Below, piece after piece: positions 54,749-64,000 of a stretch of DNA of 64,000 bases. The stretch spans positions 4,340 to 68,339 of the forward strand of contig CAYMJY010000001.1 of assembly GCA_964391355.1 (NCBI GenBank), in the 5' to 3' direction. The position numbers and the translations under genes are program-made. Positions within the stretch are counted from its first letter, which is position 1. Each line of letters begins with the position of its first letter. Under the pieces are notes generated by a model that saw nothing but the letters and a program-made list of their open reading frames with translations, was not told the DNA's origin and made no database searches. This DNA comes from an uncultured Dehalococcoidia bacterium (lineage in GTDB: Bacteria > Chloroflexota > Dehalococcoidia > Lucifugimonadales > Australimonadaceae).

Positions 54749-55462
54749 ATTGTGAAGAAATAGCCGTATACATAGCTTTGAAAGTTCAAATACTTCGAAC
54801 AAGGACGCTTTTGACTTCCCATCGAATCGTTTTTGAAAAACTATAGGCCATTCGCAAACTGACAAATTTTTCTGTGTAGCGAGTATTTCCAGTAAAAACT
54901 TAAATCCATTCGTTGAAAAACGTGTTGGCATTTCAGTTATTGCAGATCGTTGGCATAGCACGAATCCGGTCAAAACGTCCTTGGGTTTGATGTTAAATAA
55001 CCGACGGCATATTTCGTTAATAACCACACTGATAATTTTACGTAAAAAGGGCTGAGAACCTAAAGAACCACCTTGGACGAATCGGGAGCCTATAACTAAA
55101 TCAAACCCATTTTGGAGTAAAGTGAACATTTCCGGAATCTCTTTTGGGTCATGCGAAGTGTCCGCATCTATAACGCACACATTGTCTGCAGAAGCAATAT
55201 TCGTGCCCCAAAATACAGCCCCAGCTAAGCCCATTTTCTTGTCTCTTATACTCACCTTAATTTGAGGGAATCGAGAAGCATGCTCACGAACAATTCGAGC
55301 AGTTCCATCAGGAGAAGAATCGTCTACAACAATAATTTCAGTTTCTAACGGGGAAGTGGTCTCAATAATTGAATTGATAAGGGGTATGATGTTGCCCCCT
55401 TCATTATAGGTAGGAATGATGACTGAGAGATCAGGATTAGAAGGGACAGTACTATTATTCAT
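54716..55462 (-). CDS. family 2 glycosyltransferase (polyprenol-phosphate mannosyltransferase, Dpm1-like)
   Basis: LSVIIPTYNEGGNIIPLI, VVDDSSPDGT, IDADTSHDP. Its 3' end overlaps the convergent GT2 gene by 33 nt. Confidence 0.85.
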   Translation of the reverse strand: MNNSTVPSNPDLSVIIPTYNEGGNIIPLINSIIETTSPLETEIIVVDDSSPDGTARIVREHASRFPQIKVSIRDKKMGLAGAVFWGTNIASADNVCVIDADTSHDPKEIPEMFTLLQNGFDLVIGSRFVQGGSLGSQPFLRKIISVVINEICRRLFNIKPKDVLTGFVLCQRSAITEMPTRFSTNGFKFLLEILATQKNLSVCEWPIVFQKRFDGKSKASLFEVFELSKLCIRLFLHNLVRGTRRPSL

Positions 55463-55470
55463 TCGATTTC

Positions 55471-56628
55471 CTACCGCGCGATTTGTCGCGATAAAAGGTT
55501 AATAAACTTGATTAAAGGACCAGAGTGCCAGTCAAAAGGCATGGAGCCTGACGTCAGGATATTTTTCACACCTGGAACCCGTAGTAACTTATGCATTTGT
55601 TCTAGCATATTATCTGGCAATTGCTCAGTAAATTTCCTGAGGTGGTAGCCGCTTGTAATTTCAGCAGCCATAATAGATTTCCATTTTGTTTCGTATGGTT
55701 TAAGGGCATTAGCTGTAAGATCGTCTACTTCGAGTGCGTTAGATAATGTTTCAGCAGCAGCATCAGCTCCTAACAAACCATAATAAATCCCTCCTCCCGT
55801 CGTTGGCTTTACTTGGTTAACCACATCTCCTACTCCAATTACACGATTTAAAACACTACAATCGCTAATACCCAATGGGATAGGTCTACACCGATAGACA
55901 CTCTTAACAGCCCCAATTCGTGATTCTTTCTGTAATTGATGGATGTGGCTTTCCATCAATTTATATGAATGTTTTCTAGTCAGTACGCCCGAAAGGGCAT
56001 GTCCTTTCGTATGAGGTACCAACCAGCCAAAACCACCATGCCCAAAATTCCCACCCGTAAAGATTTCAACATTTTGAATATTTGAGGTTTCAACCAGTGC
56101 TTGGCATCCACTAATAATCTCCATTTTTCTGTTGAGCCCTAGTCGACGTGCTAGTGGTGCACCATAGCCAGTGGCTACAATTGCAGATCTTGATTTAATT
56201 TCCTTAACCACTCCCTTCGTATTTAAACTAAGAGTCACATAGAGGTCATCCCATTTAAGATCTGTCACTTCACTTGAGGTAAAAAGTTCTGCACCTGCTT
56301 CTACAGCAAGATTTACTAAATGAAGATCGAGCTTTAATCGATCAAGAACATAGGCTTGAACATTGTCTCTATTGACTAGAGCTCCTTTACCTTTGGGTGA
56401 CCGAAGTATGAAAGATTGGATTTCATGTAGGATTAAATCTTCCGGGAATGCATACATATCAAAACATTCTTTGCTAACTATGCCTGTGCAGTGCAACGGA
56501 ATTCCAGGTTGAGTATCGCGTTCAAATAAGCGGACCCTGTGCCCGGCGGCTGCAAGTACAGCGGCAGCCCTTGCCCCAGATGGACCAGCACCTATCACTG
56601 CTACATCAATATCTAAGTCGTTGACCAT
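55471..56628 (-). CDS. geranylgeranyl reductase-family FAD-dependent oxidoreductase
   Basis: DVAVIGAGPSGARAAAVLAAAGHRVRLFER dinucleotide-binding motif, GVGDVVNQVKPTTGGGIYYG motif, 385 aa. Confidence 0.8.
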   Translation of the reverse strand: MVNDLDIDVAVIGAGPSGARAAAVLAAAGHRVRLFERDTQPGIPLHCTGIVSKECFDMYAFPEDLILHEIQSFILRSPKGKGALVNRDNVQAYVLDRLKLDLHLVNLAVEAGAELFTSSEVTDLKWDDLYVTLSLNTKGVVKEIKSRSAIVATGYGAPLARRLGLNRKMEIISGCQALVETSNIQNVEIFTGGNFGHGGFGWLVPHTKGHALSGVLTRKHSYKLMESHIHQLQKESRIGAVKSVYRCRPIPLGISDCSVLNRVIGVGDVVNQVKPTTGGGIYYGLLGADAAAETLSNALEVDDLTANALKPYETKWKSIMAAEITSGYHLRKFTEQLPDNMLEQMHKLLRVPGVKNILTSGSMPFDWHSGPLIKFINLLSRQIAR

Positions 56629-56714
56629 TGCTATAGTTTATCTAACCTAGATTTTGCTTCAACTCCTACCGCTCATAATTTGTTATTAATATGTAATACG
56701 TCTAGACTTTAGTA

Positions 56715-57422
56715 ATGGTCAGAAAAGATTTTCCAAGGACTGCTCTTGTACTTGCCGGTGGCAAGGGCGAACGATTACGTCCATTAACAAACGACCGACC
56801 AAAACCAATGGTCGAAGTAAATGGGAAGCCGATTTTGTACCATCATTTAACTTGGTTGTCTCATCAGGGGATATCAAGAACGATTTTATGCACAGGGTAC
56901 CTAGGTGATGTAATCGATGAATATTTTAAAGCCGAACCTATCCAAGGAATGTCCATTGAATGTCTTCAAGAAATAAATCCTTTGGGTAGAGGAGGTGCTC
57001 TGCGCCATGCGTTTGAAAACTCTTCTATAGAGGATGAATTTGTGGTTGCTACTAACGGTGACATCCTTACCGGACAAAGTATCCCCGAAATGTTCGAGTT
57101 CCATCAAAAATTAAAAGTCCGTGCAACTATCTTGCTTAAAGATTTAGTAAGCCCTTATGGGATTGTAGATTTAGACAAGTCTAGTTTGGTTAGAGGTTTT
57201 CGTGAAAAACCCACGCTGCCTTTCAGTTTCAACGCAGGAGTGTATATTTTCTCTTCCGAGCTTTTTTCCAGATTCCCAGTTAAAGGTGATCATGAGACAA
57301 TGCTTTTCCCTGAACTAGCAGCTGAATCTCTTATCGGAGGATTTCAGTGTAGTTCATACTGGCAGTCTGTAGAATCACAAAAAGACATCTTTGAAGCTGA
57401 GAGACTTTTAAAATTGGGCTAG
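56715..57422 (+). CDS. sugar-1-phosphate nucleotidyltransferase
   Basis: [32 protein letters not shown] signature. At 235 aa it has no C-terminal left-handed beta-helix domain. Confidence 0.85.
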   Translation: MVRKDFPRTALVLAGGKGERLRPLTNDRPKPMVEVNGKPILYHHLTWLSHQGISRTILCTGYLGDVIDEYFKAEPIQGMSIECLQEINPLGRGGALRHAFENSSIEDEFVVATNGDILTGQSIPEMFEFHQKLKVRATILLKDLVSPYGIVDLDKSSLVRGFREKPTLPFSFNAGVYIFSSELFSRFPVKGDHETMLFPELAAESLIGGFQCSSYWQSVESQKDIFEAERLLKLG

Positions 57423-57478
57423 ATTGATGCAAATGCATTGAGCGTAAAGCTTGGCTATAATCGTAAACAGGATTAATT

Positions 57479-57555
57479 CGGGGAGTGGCGCAGCTTGGTA
57501 GCGCGCTACGTTCGGGGCGTAGAGGTCGTGGGTTCGAATCCCGCCTCCCCGACCA
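57479..57555 (+). tRNA. tRNA-Pro (anticodon CGG), CCA encoded
   Basis: Folded by hand. Acceptor stem CGGGGAG/CUCCCCG; D stem GCGC/GCGC. Anticodon stem CUACG/CGUAG with loop UU-CGG-GG (G37). T arm GUGGG-UUCGAAU-CCCGC; 3' ACCA. A perfect TATAAT hexamer lies at 57456-57461. Confidence 0.93.
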
Positions 57556-57586
57556 CTAAAATATAAGGTATTCGAAACGAGTAGTC

Positions 57587-58450
57587 TTGGAAAATTTGAC
57601 TGATGACCAGATTGTATATGCAGTGGAAGCCTTCGATAGGTCAGCTGAGCTAATCGGAAATAATTGGAAAGCCAGATGCGACCTTAGTGAGCTATCTATC
57701 AATATGCAGGCTAGATTCGGATTAGTTTGTGCAATTCCGGATCTTTTAGATCTTTCTGGTATGTGGGAGAAGAGAGTTGAAACTGCAGGTCGTGCTGATT
57801 CGTTGGTTCACTGGTTGAGCCCTGGGATTTTAAAGGATGAAGGAATTGAGATGCAGCTCTATGGCTCATTACGTGAGGTTGAGCGTCAATTAAGAATCTC
57901 GTTTCCTCCGGAGCTGTTTGCAGGAGTTACAATTAGAAGACTGCGCTGGTGGCAAATGATGCTTCTAACCCGTGACTTCCCATCAAATTGGATAGATATT
58001 GTCTACTTTGCTGAACGTTTCCTTGCTAGGCAGTTATCTTCACAGTACACAGGTACTAGGCTTAATTATGATGATTTGAGAGCACATTTGAGTTATGCAC
58101 CTTGGCGTGGAGGTGCTAATGAGGAAGCTTATTTTAAAGCTATCGATTCTGGCTTCGTAGAGCCACTAAACCTTCACAAATCTGTTTTCAGCGCAAAGTC
58201 AGCTAGTTGGAAAACAATGCTTATTAACCCTGCTTCTATTTTTACAGAATTTGGTAAGGAATGGCTGGGTGATACTCCTTGGCAGTTGCTTTCGACTGCA
58301 TTTCAAAATATCTCCCTAAGTGAATACGAATATGCCGACTGGCAATTCACTTCTTCAAACAACTCCAATAATAAAATCGCTATTAAATGGAAGTTACCAC
58401 TGAATATGACGAACGTTTTAGCTCCGGAACATTCCCAAATACAACTTTAG
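57587..58450 (+). CDS. hypothetical protein
   Basis: 287-aa Trp-rich ORF with a TTG start and no obvious Shine-Dalgarno. I recognise no family. Coding status is moderately supported by length alone. Confidence 0.5.
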   Translation: MENLTDDQIVYAVEAFDRSAELIGNNWKARCDLSELSINMQARFGLVCAIPDLLDLSGMWEKRVETAGRADSLVHWLSPGILKDEGIEMQLYGSLREVERQLRISFPPELFAGVTIRRLRWWQMMLLTRDFPSNWIDIVYFAERFLARQLSSQYTGTRLNYDDLRAHLSYAPWRGGANEEAYFKAIDSGFVEPLNLHKSVFSAKSASWKTMLINPASIFTEFGKEWLGDTPWQLLSTAFQNISLSEYEYADWQFTSSNNSNNKIAIKWKLPLNMTNVLAPEHSQIQL

Positions 58451-58490
58451 GATTGTTATTTCTTAAGACTTGTAATGACAAGAGGGTTAG

Positions 58491-60134
58491 ATGGATAAAA
58501 TCAAAGGATCACACGCTCTATTCAGAAGTTTAAAACAATACGATGTTGATACTATATTTGGGCTAATCGGTGCTCATACAATGGAACTTTTCGATGCACT
58601 TTATGATTTTCAGGATTCCATCAGACTGATTACAACAAGAGATGAAAGATCAGCAGCATTAATGGCTGATGGGTATGGAAGAGTATCTCATAAACCAGGG
58701 GTTTGCTTAACCAGTACAGGGCCCGGAGCCGCAAATGCAATGAGCGGGCTCGGGGAGGCTTATTTTTCTTTTTCTCCAGTGATCCATGTTACTAGCACAG
58801 CAGAAGAGAATTTATATGGAAGAGCATTAGGGGCAAATCACGAAACCAGAGACCAATTGGGTATGTTGAGTTCAGTTAGTAGGGATGCTTTCCATATTTC
58901 AACATCTAGGGACATACCGAGCGTAGTAAGAGAATCTTTTTATAACCTTGCTGTAAAGCGACCTCAACCAATTTCTATTGAAATTCCTGTAGACGTGCAG
59001 AGTGAAACGGTACACTTTGAAAACTCTAAAGCTACAGCCTTTGATAAACTGGAGCTGGATCATTCAGCTATTGAATTAGCTGCAAAACTACTTCTTGAGG
59101 GCAGGCGGGTTGGAATTTGGGCAGGTACTGGAGTTGATAGAGCAGATGCTTCACAAGAGCTACTGCATCTTGCATCACTAATGAACGTTCCTGTTTTTAC
59201 CACTCCCGGAGGCAAAGCAGGTTTCCCTTCAGACCATCCTCTTAATGTTGGAGTTCTAGGAGGCCCTGGTGGTTTGACAAATGGACCATACCCTTTAAGG
59301 GAATTTGTAGCTTCATTAGATACAGTACTAGTTGTGGGTTCAAGCTTAAGATATACGTCAACTGTATCTCAGAAGATCCGGTTACCCGAAAATTTAATCC
59401 ATATCGATATTTCACCCGAACCTATGGGCAAAAACTATGAGCCTAAAATTAGAGTTGTAGGTGACGCAAAAGATGCTCTCCAGCAAATCATTTTGGAAGT
59501 AGATGGTAAAAACACTTCATTAATTGAAGCTTATGACAAAGAAATAAAATTGACCAAGTCAAATGTGGCAAAGTACCTCTGGGCTCACTACCCCAACCCT
59601 ATGAAGGTTATGAGATCTATAAGAGAAGTGGTAGGCCGCAGTGCAATTTTCACTGGAGATGCTTCGATTTCTGCCACTAGAGGTGCTAATGCCTGTTTAG
59701 AAGTTTTTGAACCACGAACTTATTTACCACCTGTATGGGGCGGCCTGGGTTTTGCGTTCCCCGCCTCAATTGGTGCAAAAGTTGCTATGCCAGATAGCAC
59801 AGTAATTTGTATTACCGGAGACGGTGGATTCCAGTTCAACCTTCAAGAACTTGGTACGTGCTACCAATACGGTATTAGTCCGATTGTTTTGGTATTCAAT
59901 GATAATGCTTGGGGTTCCACAAGATTAAGACAGCAAGACAATTTCGGAGGTAGATATATCGGCACAGGTCTTGAAAACCCCGATTTTGTAAAAGTAGCCA
60001 AGGCTTTTAACGTTAATGGGTTATCTGCTAAGTCTTTGCCCGAATTATGCAACGCATTGGAAGAGTCGATGAAATCAACGAGCGCCTGTGTTATAGAAAT
60101 ATCTACACCTAAAGGTTTCGATCTATTTAACTAA
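58491..60134 (+). CDS. thiamine-diphosphate-dependent enzyme (acetolactate synthase large subunit / benzoylformate decarboxylase superfamily)
   Basis: 547-aa ORF with an N-terminal Pyr domain (GYGRVSHKPGVCLTSTGPGAANAMSGLGEAY) and the C-terminal TPP motif ITGDGGFQFNLQELGT...NDNAWG. Reaction not assignable. Confidence 0.85.
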   Translation: MDKIKGSHALFRSLKQYDVDTIFGLIGAHTMELFDALYDFQDSIRLITTRDERSAALMADGYGRVSHKPGVCLTSTGPGAANAMSGLGEAYFSFSPVIHVTSTAEENLYGRALGANHETRDQLGMLSSVSRDAFHISTSRDIPSVVRESFYNLAVKRPQPISIEIPVDVQSETVHFENSKATAFDKLELDHSAIELAAKLLLEGRRVGIWAGTGVDRADASQELLHLASLMNVPVFTTPGGKAGFPSDHPLNVGVLGGPGGLTNGPYPLREFVASLDTVLVVGSSLRYTSTVSQKIRLPENLIHIDISPEPMGKNYEPKIRVVGDAKDALQQIILEVDGKNTSLIEAYDKEIKLTKSNVAKYLWAHYPNPMKVMRSIREVVGRSAIFTGDASISATRGANACLEVFEPRTYLPPVWGGLGFAFPASIGAKVAMPDSTVICITGDGGFQFNLQELGTCYQYGISPIVLVFNDNAWGSTRLRQQDNFGGRYIGTGLENPDFVKVAKAFNVNGLSAKSLPELCNALEESMKSTSACVIEISTPKGFDLFN

Positions 60135-61008
60135 AGTTAACTTGGTCAAGTGCAATTTTATAATCCTGTATAGCTTTAATATGAGCTTCAGGAGTGAGCA
60201 AGTTAGAATTCATAGTGTTTAAATTGACTTGAGTTGCTCCAATTCTTTCCCATTCTTTAGTTAGCCTCACTGCGTTGCTAATGCCATTTACCAAGCTAAC
60301 TCGACCATCAAATCCAAATTTAGATGAATCTCGTCCAATTTCAGACAAGTAAGACTTCATATTAGCTATCGCAATTTCACCACCCTTGTCGGCTTGTTGA
60401 TTCATAATCCAGCCGTCAGCGATCCTGGCGATTCTCTTTAGCACATTTTGGTTATCTGTCATTCCCCCGCCAAACCAGATGGGGATTGGTTGCTGAATCG
60501 GAAGGGGGTTAATTCCAGCTTCATTAATGCTGTGCCATTGCCCTCTAAAGCTAACTGAGTTTTCGGTCCATAGAGACCTAAGGACGGATACTTGTTCTTC
60601 AATACGAACACCACGATTATTGAAATTCTCGCCTAATGCTTCAAATTCGACATCGTTCCAACCTATCGCCACACCTAAATGCAACCGACCCTGGCTTAAC
60701 ACGTCTAAAATTGAAGCCTGCTTAGCAACCAGTACAGTTTGCCTTTGTGGCAAGATGATGATGCCTGTGGTCAGATTGATTTTAGTAGTGAGCGCTGCAA
60801 AGTATGAAAAAAGTGTGAATGGTTCATAAAATGAATCCTTAATACTGTACTTATTCCAGCCTGGTCTGTTTTTTGTATCTGCCCCAATAACATGGTCATA
60901 GGCAAGAATGTTTTGGTACTCCAGATTCTCGGCAGTTTGTACGAATGAACGTATTACCCCTATATCCGACCCTATCTCTGTTTGAGGAAAAACAACGCCA
61001 ATTTTCAT
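60127..61008 (-). CDS. luciferase-like monooxygenase family oxidoreductase (LLM class, possibly F420-dependent)
   Basis: 293-aa ORF starting MKIGVVFPQTEIG..., with GRLHLGVAIGWNDVEFEALG, typical of LLM-class proteins. Cofactor not determinable. Confidence 0.8.
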   Translation of the reverse strand: MKIGVVFPQTEIGSDIGVIRSFVQTAENLEYQNILAYDHVIGADTKNRPGWNKYSIKDSFYEPFTLFSYFAALTTKINLTTGIIILPQRQTVLVAKQASILDVLSQGRLHLGVAIGWNDVEFEALGENFNNRGVRIEEQVSVLRSLWTENSVSFRGQWHSINEAGINPLPIQQPIPIWFGGGMTDNQNVLKRIARIADGWIMNQQADKGGEIAIANMKSYLSEIGRDSSKFGFDGRVSLVNGISNAVRLTKEWERIGATQVNLNTMNSNLLTPEAHIKAIQDYKIALDQVNFS

Positions 61009-61031
61009 AGAGCCTCATTAAATATTAAGGT

Positions 61032-61748
61032 TTAAACACCAAGGTTACTTTTTAAAAATCCAGCCATAATCTTCACAGAACGATCCTCAATAGCATGGCC
61101 GAGTCCACCGATTAGGTGAAATTCAGCAGGAATTTTAGCTTCGTCGTATGTCAGCATAGCTTCATGCATTACTTGCCATGGTTGAGCGGCATCTTCAATT
61201 CCATGAATCCCGCACGTGGGTGTAGCATTACGTAATTCTGTGAAAAATTGACTTCTTTGATTTTTTCTTTGGACTAAAGAATCTGGGGAAAATAAATACC
61301 CACTATGAGCAACCATTGCACCTAGCTGGTAATTTAATCGAGGAACCACGTTTAGTGCTGTGATACAACCTTGTGAAAATCCAATAATTCCGCACTTATC
61401 GAAACTTAATGCATTTTCATTAACACAACTTCTAATGTATTCATCTATAGGCTTTGCTATTTCCACTAACCCTTTTTGCCGTGTTTTTTCTGAATATCGA
61501 CTGTACCATTGATAATGACCTGGTTCATTAAAATCAGGTGACCTTTCATTTTTAGGATCATTTATGGCATCGTATGGATACGGTGCATTGGGGGCATAGA
61601 AAATTGTTCCTGGCAAAAATGGAGATAAATCATCCGCCAACGAAACCATTTTATCTCCTGAAGAGCTAAGTCCATGAAGCATGATGATTACGCTGTCTGG
61701 TTTACCTTCATTAAGAGGGAGTCGTTTTGGTCCACTTATTGTAGTCAT
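61032..61748 (-). CDS. alpha/beta hydrolase (phospholipase/carboxylesterase-type)
   Basis: VIIMLHGLSSSGD, nucleophile elbow GFSQG, C-terminal GLGHAI. The start is placed at ATG 61748 (MTTISGPK...) rather than TTG 61778. Confidence 0.75.
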   Translation of the reverse strand: MTTISGPKRLPLNEGKPDSVIIMLHGLSSSGDKMVSLADDLSPFLPGTIFYAPNAPYPYDAINDPKNERSPDFNEPGHYQWYSRYSEKTRQKGLVEIAKPIDEYIRSCVNENALSFDKCGIIGFSQGCITALNVVPRLNYQLGAMVAHSGYLFSPDSLVQRKNQRSQFFTELRNATPTCGIHGIEDAAQPWQVMHEAMLTYDEAKIPAEFHLIGGLGHAIEDRSVKIMAGFLKSNLGV

Positions 61749-61817
61749 GGGATGATGATATACGATCTTGTGAAGCAATGTAAAAATTTCTATTGAGGCA
61801 AATCAGGAGCAAAAAAC

Positions 61818-63098
61818 GTGCTGACGATTCCTAAAGTATTTTATGGATGGATTATCGTCTTCTCAGTATTTGTTGCCGGCTCGTTTGCGGGAGGAGTAGG
61901 TTTTTGGGGTATTGGAATTTTTGTCATTCCAATGGAATCTGATTTGGGTTGGTCTAGAACAACAATATTTGGTGCTCTAAGTATCCGTGCGCTAGTTGGG
62001 GGATTCTTTGCGCCTGTGATTGGTCCTTATTTAGACTCATCAAGGGGTCCCAGAATTTTGGCAATTGCAGGTTCTATCGTGTTGGGGATTTCACTAATCG
62101 GTATCAAATACGTAGATTCAGTTTGGCAATTCTATATCCTTTATGGGGTACTGGGATCGTTATCAATGCTGACTATGGGCCAGAATATGGCGCAAGTGAT
62201 AATACCGAAGTGGTTTATTAAAAAAAGAGGAAGGGCTTTAGGGTTTGCGACAATGGGGACTCCTCTTTCAGGGATTATCTTTCCGATTCCGCTTGCAGCA
62301 CTAATCTCCGTAGTGGGATGGAGGGATACATGGTTCTTCCTTGGTATCGTTGCGCTTTTAGTTTTGGTGCCTGTAGCCTTTTTGATACGAACAAAGCCAG
62401 AAGATATGGGGTTGGCACCTGATGGTGAAAGTTTACAGATTAAATCGAAGGTTTTAGGAACCAACACTCAAAATTCAGATTTTGAAAAAAGTTACACTAG
62501 GTCAGAAGCCCTGAGATCCAGAAGTTTTTGGTTGATCTTGCTTGCGGTGGGAATTGTAGGTATGGGAGTTCAAGGTTTTCAGCCAAACTGGCTTCCGTAT
62601 TTCCAAGAAGTTGGTTTCACTGCTACTACTGGAGCTACTGCTATTGCTATATACGGTTTAGCAGCAGCCGCTGCTCGCCTAATTTGGGGATCACTTGGAG
62701 AAAAATTCCCAACAAAAAATTTGATGGTTACCCAAACCTTACTCACCGCAATAATGATTGGGTCACTTTTCTTCGTGAGATCGCCGATCATGTTGTTTAC
62801 TTATGCATTTTTTCAGGGTCTTACACTAGGAGGACAATTTATACTTCAGCCTTTAATGATTGCAAACTATTTTGGCAGACAACATTTAGGGGCGGTTAGG
62901 GGTGTCATGCGCCCCTTCATAACATTTTCTGGGGCTATAGGACCTGTTTTTGTAGCGGGATTATTTGATGCGACAGGGACATATAAAGTAGCATTCTTGT
63001 TTGTGTTGTCTACATGGATCATAGCTAGTCTTATCTATCTATTAGCTGTACCTAAAAGTTCAACACAAAGCAATTATGAAAGCCCCAGTGCTTCATAA
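61818..63098 (+). CDS. MFS transporter
   Basis: 426-aa ORF with about 12 TM helices and a central hydrophilic loop. GTG start. Substrate unknown. Confidence 0.85.
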   Translation: MLTIPKVFYGWIIVFSVFVAGSFAGGVGFWGIGIFVIPMESDLGWSRTTIFGALSIRALVGGFFAPVIGPYLDSSRGPRILAIAGSIVLGISLIGIKYVDSVWQFYILYGVLGSLSMLTMGQNMAQVIIPKWFIKKRGRALGFATMGTPLSGIIFPIPLAALISVVGWRDTWFFLGIVALLVLVPVAFLIRTKPEDMGLAPDGESLQIKSKVLGTNTQNSDFEKSYTRSEALRSRSFWLILLAVGIVGMGVQGFQPNWLPYFQEVGFTATTGATAIAIYGLAAAAARLIWGSLGEKFPTKNLMVTQTLLTAIMIGSLFFVRSPIMLFTYAFFQGLTLGGQFILQPLMIANYFGRQHLGAVRGVMRPFITFSGAIGPVFVAGLFDATGTYKVAFLFVLSTWIIASLIYLLAVPKSSTQSNYESPSAS

Positions 63099-63132
63099 TG
63101 AGAGCAGGAAACAATTCAAAATCCGAGGCATT

Positions 63133-64000
63133 ATGCGGTTAAATGAAGATGGTCAAATTAATGTGGATGGAGCAATGAGCAGATGGGTTAGGCTCGCGGA
63201 TGGTGCAAAGGCGCATTATATGACTTCTGGTGAGTCTGGCCCATCAGTGATCCTCTGCCATGGTGGGCTACCAGGCTCGTCTGCAATTGCTGGTTGGCGG
63301 TATCAGTTTAAAAACTTAGCTGAAAGTGGCTTCCGTGTTTATGCACCCGATTTCCCTGGTTTTGGATTAGCAGACACTGACCCACGGTATTGGCCACGTT
63401 TGGGATCTCAAAGCCATGTTGAATTTCTATACAAATTCATGGAGTCACTATGTATTGAAACAGCACATTTTGCGGGGAATTCAATGGGTTGCGGTAACGC
63501 TGCTCGTTTCGCGATTAGTTATCCCGAGAAGGTGCTAAGTTTAGTGTTAATAGCTGGAAATTTACCTGGACTAGTAGATCCAGATAAAGTGTATCGCACA
63601 ATAAATGTGACAACACTTAATCGTGAAACTTTTGACGGGACCCCTGAATCTATGTTGAAAATGATGGAACCGATTATTTTCGATCGATCTGCTATTACTG
63701 AAGAACTTTTGCAAATGAGAACTCTCTCGGCTGTGAAACAGAAGGAATCATTGGCCGCTTACCATCATGGAAATGATCGTTTGCAAAACGATAAAAACTT
63801 CAACCGTCGTTTTCAAATCCAAGGTAGGTTAGATCAAATAAAAGTTCCTCAAATCTTACTTTGGGGACGTGACGATATTTTGAACCCAGTAACCAACGCA
63901 TTCCTTCAGGAAGATGTGACGCCGTGGATACAGTACTTTTATCCCTTTGACTGCGGGCATCAAGGCCAAACTGATAAACCAGATTTGTTTAACAAAATAT
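63133..64000 (+). CDS. alpha/beta hydrolase, meta-cleavage-product (C-C bond) hydrolase-like; 3' end cut by the window
   Basis: Not in the ORF track because no stop falls in the window. My own translation from ATG 63133 is open to 64000: MRLNEDGQINVDGAMSRWVRLADGAKAHYMTSGESGPSVILCHGG...GNSMGCGNAARFA...LLWGRDDIL...FDCGHQGQ. It has a G-x-S-x-G elbow and catalytic Asp/His contexts. Confidence 0.8.
   Translation, partial: MRLNEDGQINVDGAMSRWVRLADGAKAHYMTSGESGPSVILCHGGLPGSSAIAGWRYQFKNLAESGFRVYAPDFPGFGLADTDPRYWPRLGSQSHVEFLYKFMESLCIETAHFAGNSMGCGNAARFAISYPEKVLSLVLIAGNLPGLVDPDKVYRTINVTTLNRETFDGTPESMLKMMEPIIFDRSAITEELLQMRTLSAVKQKESLAAYHHGNDRLQNDKNFNRRFQIQGRLDQIKVPQILLWGRDDILNPVTNAFLQEDVTPWIQYFYPFDCGHQGQTDKPDLFNKI

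Overview
This 64-kb window is a compact, AT-leaning bacterial chromosome segment made of core genes plus catabolic paralogs. It has no CRISPR array, transposase, integrase, prophage or recognisable defence system.

Gene layout:
- 1-8.6 kb: distal ribosomal-protein block rpmD-rplO-secY-adk-map-infA-rpmJ-rpsM-rpsK-rpsD-rpoA-rplQ, then truA-rplM-rpsI.
- 8.6-19.6 kb, housekeeping genes: phosphohexomutase, metK, ahcY, rhodanese, recF, gatCA, DUF971, ornithine-cyclodeaminase-like protein, dinB, HU.
- 19.8-22.6 kb: an NMT1/THI5-type ABC importer on the minus strand, preceded by a clear TPP riboswitch and a sigma70-like promoter. Neither element is visible in the ORF track.
- 22.9-24.2 kb: an alanine-rich envelope protein, followed by a decayed tandem copy of its own 3' end. 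Each copy ends in a 26-bp palindromic terminator.
- 24.3-28.4 kb: lpd-korA-korB.
- 28.7-36.9 kb: a hypothetical/HPP gene pair, an SDR, a lower meta-cleavage cluster (RraA-like aldolase, mhpD/F/E-like) and a single ORF fusing an RNA m5U methyltransferase to Maf.
- 37-51 kb: tat genes, holA, ilvD, a hydratase/SDR/CoA-transferase cluster, mocA/xdhC-like genes, nadB, thrS and gpsA.
- 51-57.5 kb: pcrA, a polyprenyl-phosphate-sugar cluster (two GT2, a geranylgeranyl-reductase-family protein, a sugar nucleotidyltransferase) and tRNA-Pro(CGG).
- 57.6-64 kb: an orphan ORF and a further catabolic cluster.

The gene content suggests a marine Chloroflexota (SAR202-like) heterotroph. That is an inference only and needs a database search.

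I cannot point to a convincing multi-gene novel system. The items most worth a second look are:
- the RumA-Maf fusion;
- the riboswitch-controlled thiamine-precursor importer;
- the duplicated gene tail, whose terminator palindromes differ by compensatory indels;
- a truA whose conserved N-terminus has no canonical start codon;
- a roughly 105-aa lysine/serine-rich tail on L13;
- a 20-bp perfect palindrome in the lpd upstream region.
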